Positions 62,831 through 64,000 of a stretch of DNA of 64,000 nt are shown here, piece by piece. This stretch comes from Octopus bimaculoides (Eukaryota). Both the position numbers and the translations under genes were made by a program. The notes beneath the pieces were generated by a model. That model worked only from the letters and a program-made list of their open reading frames with translations, was not told the DNA's origin and made no database searches. Position 1 is the first letter of the stretch, and each line of letters opens with the position of its first letter. Location: contig NC_068991.1 of assembly GCF_001194135.2 (NCBI RefSeq), forward strand, positions 41,829,592 through 41,893,591, in the 5' to 3' direction.

Positions 62831-63290
62831 TATAATCTTTCTCTAAGTCAACTATCGTAAACGATATCTTATACGACGACGTCACATTTTTTATATGAGT
62901 GTGTATGTGTCTGTCAGTGTGTGTGTGTTTGCGCATTCGTTATGTACGTTAGGTCGATGACTGAGCAGTATATGCGTGTGACGGTGTATGTGTCTGTCAG
63001 TATACATACATTTTTGTTACGACTGACACACACATCTAAAGACAGACACAGACAAAGAGAGAGACAGAGACAGGCCTGAGGTGTGCGTGAATGTAAGTAT
63101 GTGTATGTGTCTGTCATAGTATATGCATGTGACTGTACCCACCAACAAGTGAAACACACTATATGGATTGTTAACAGTGCATATATAATCCAAGAAGATA
63201 TATGGACAGTCGCTTGACGTGAGAGAAATAGCAGCCAAATTCTCCTCAAATCACATCCAAGTGTCTTAAATCAGTAAAGGGCACATTGAA

Positions 63291-63328
<38 letters not shown>

Positions 63329-63609
63329 CCTCTCTCCATCCTTCTTCCCCCTCTCTCTCTTTCTATTTCTCTAAATATGTATAAAGACATAAACACAGAC
63401 TCCTGCACGTGCATTGACACACATGAACATACACACACACGCACACGCACACACACATACACACACGCGCACACACATTGCCTGGCTTGGCCGTCATTTC
63501 CAAGAGAGTATGATTTGGTTGCATGTACCACACTATCGTTAAATGTTTTAGGTCCCTGTGTAGTCGTAAGTAGACGTAGACACCCTATCGGACCTCTCCC
63601 ACCCTTTGA

Positions 63610-63790
63610 CTAAGTGGAACATGGGGATGTGACTGCTGGAAGGAAAGAGAGGGCAACATCAGCACTAGATTGGTACTCATTTTTAGCAGAGCGGACCGAA
63701 AGATGTGCCTTGTTCAAGGACACATTACGCCACCCGTCTAGGAACCGAACCCACAACCTTTTCACCGTAAGTTCACCAGTAAGCAAGGTG
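63610..63790 (-). mobile_element. Degraded tRNA-derived SINE
   Basis: Minus strand GTGGGTTCGGTTCCTAGAC (B-box-like) followed by GTGTCCTTGAACAAGGCAC. Confidence 0.55.
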
Positions 63791-64000
63791 CCTCCACAGA
63801 CGCACGCGCGCACACGCACACACTCACACACTCTCTTTTCCGCATTTGTATACGTACTTACATATATACACAAAGATGAGATAATCTATATGTTGCATAA
63901 ACAAGGGGAAAACCGGTGTTTACCATAACATCGGAGTGGAAGATACCTTTGAAGAAATCAAAGAAGGCATATCTTACGTGGAAGGAACTCTACTGATGCA

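Overview
AT-rich eukaryotic genomic DNA with many N gaps and dense microsatellites. The repeat families look like those I recall from coleoid cephalopods, probably Octopus; that assignment is inference from memory, not a database match. I cannot support any intact host gene, rRNA, tRNA gene or CRISPR array. Almost all supplied ORFs are microsatellite or gap artefacts, or pieces of decayed transposons. The recognisable content is: (i) three co-oriented L1/Tx1-like LINE copies in the first 14 kb; (ii) at least nine fragments of R4/Dong-type retrotransposons with a restriction-like endonuclease (RLE), mostly embedded in (AAT)n and one in (ATAC)n; (iii) many tRNA-derived SINEs; (iv) RTE, Penelope, mariner, Tc1 and Helitron-like remnants; (v) two foldback DNA transposons with GG...CC ends and 8-bp target-site duplications (TSDs), one with a telomere-like repeat loop. 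The most notable observations are the foldback element with the (TAACCC)n loop, a twin-priming-type 5' inversion in an R4/Dong element, a Penelope-type hammerhead ribozyme candidate, and apparent use of one microsatellite on opposite strands by two retroelement systems.
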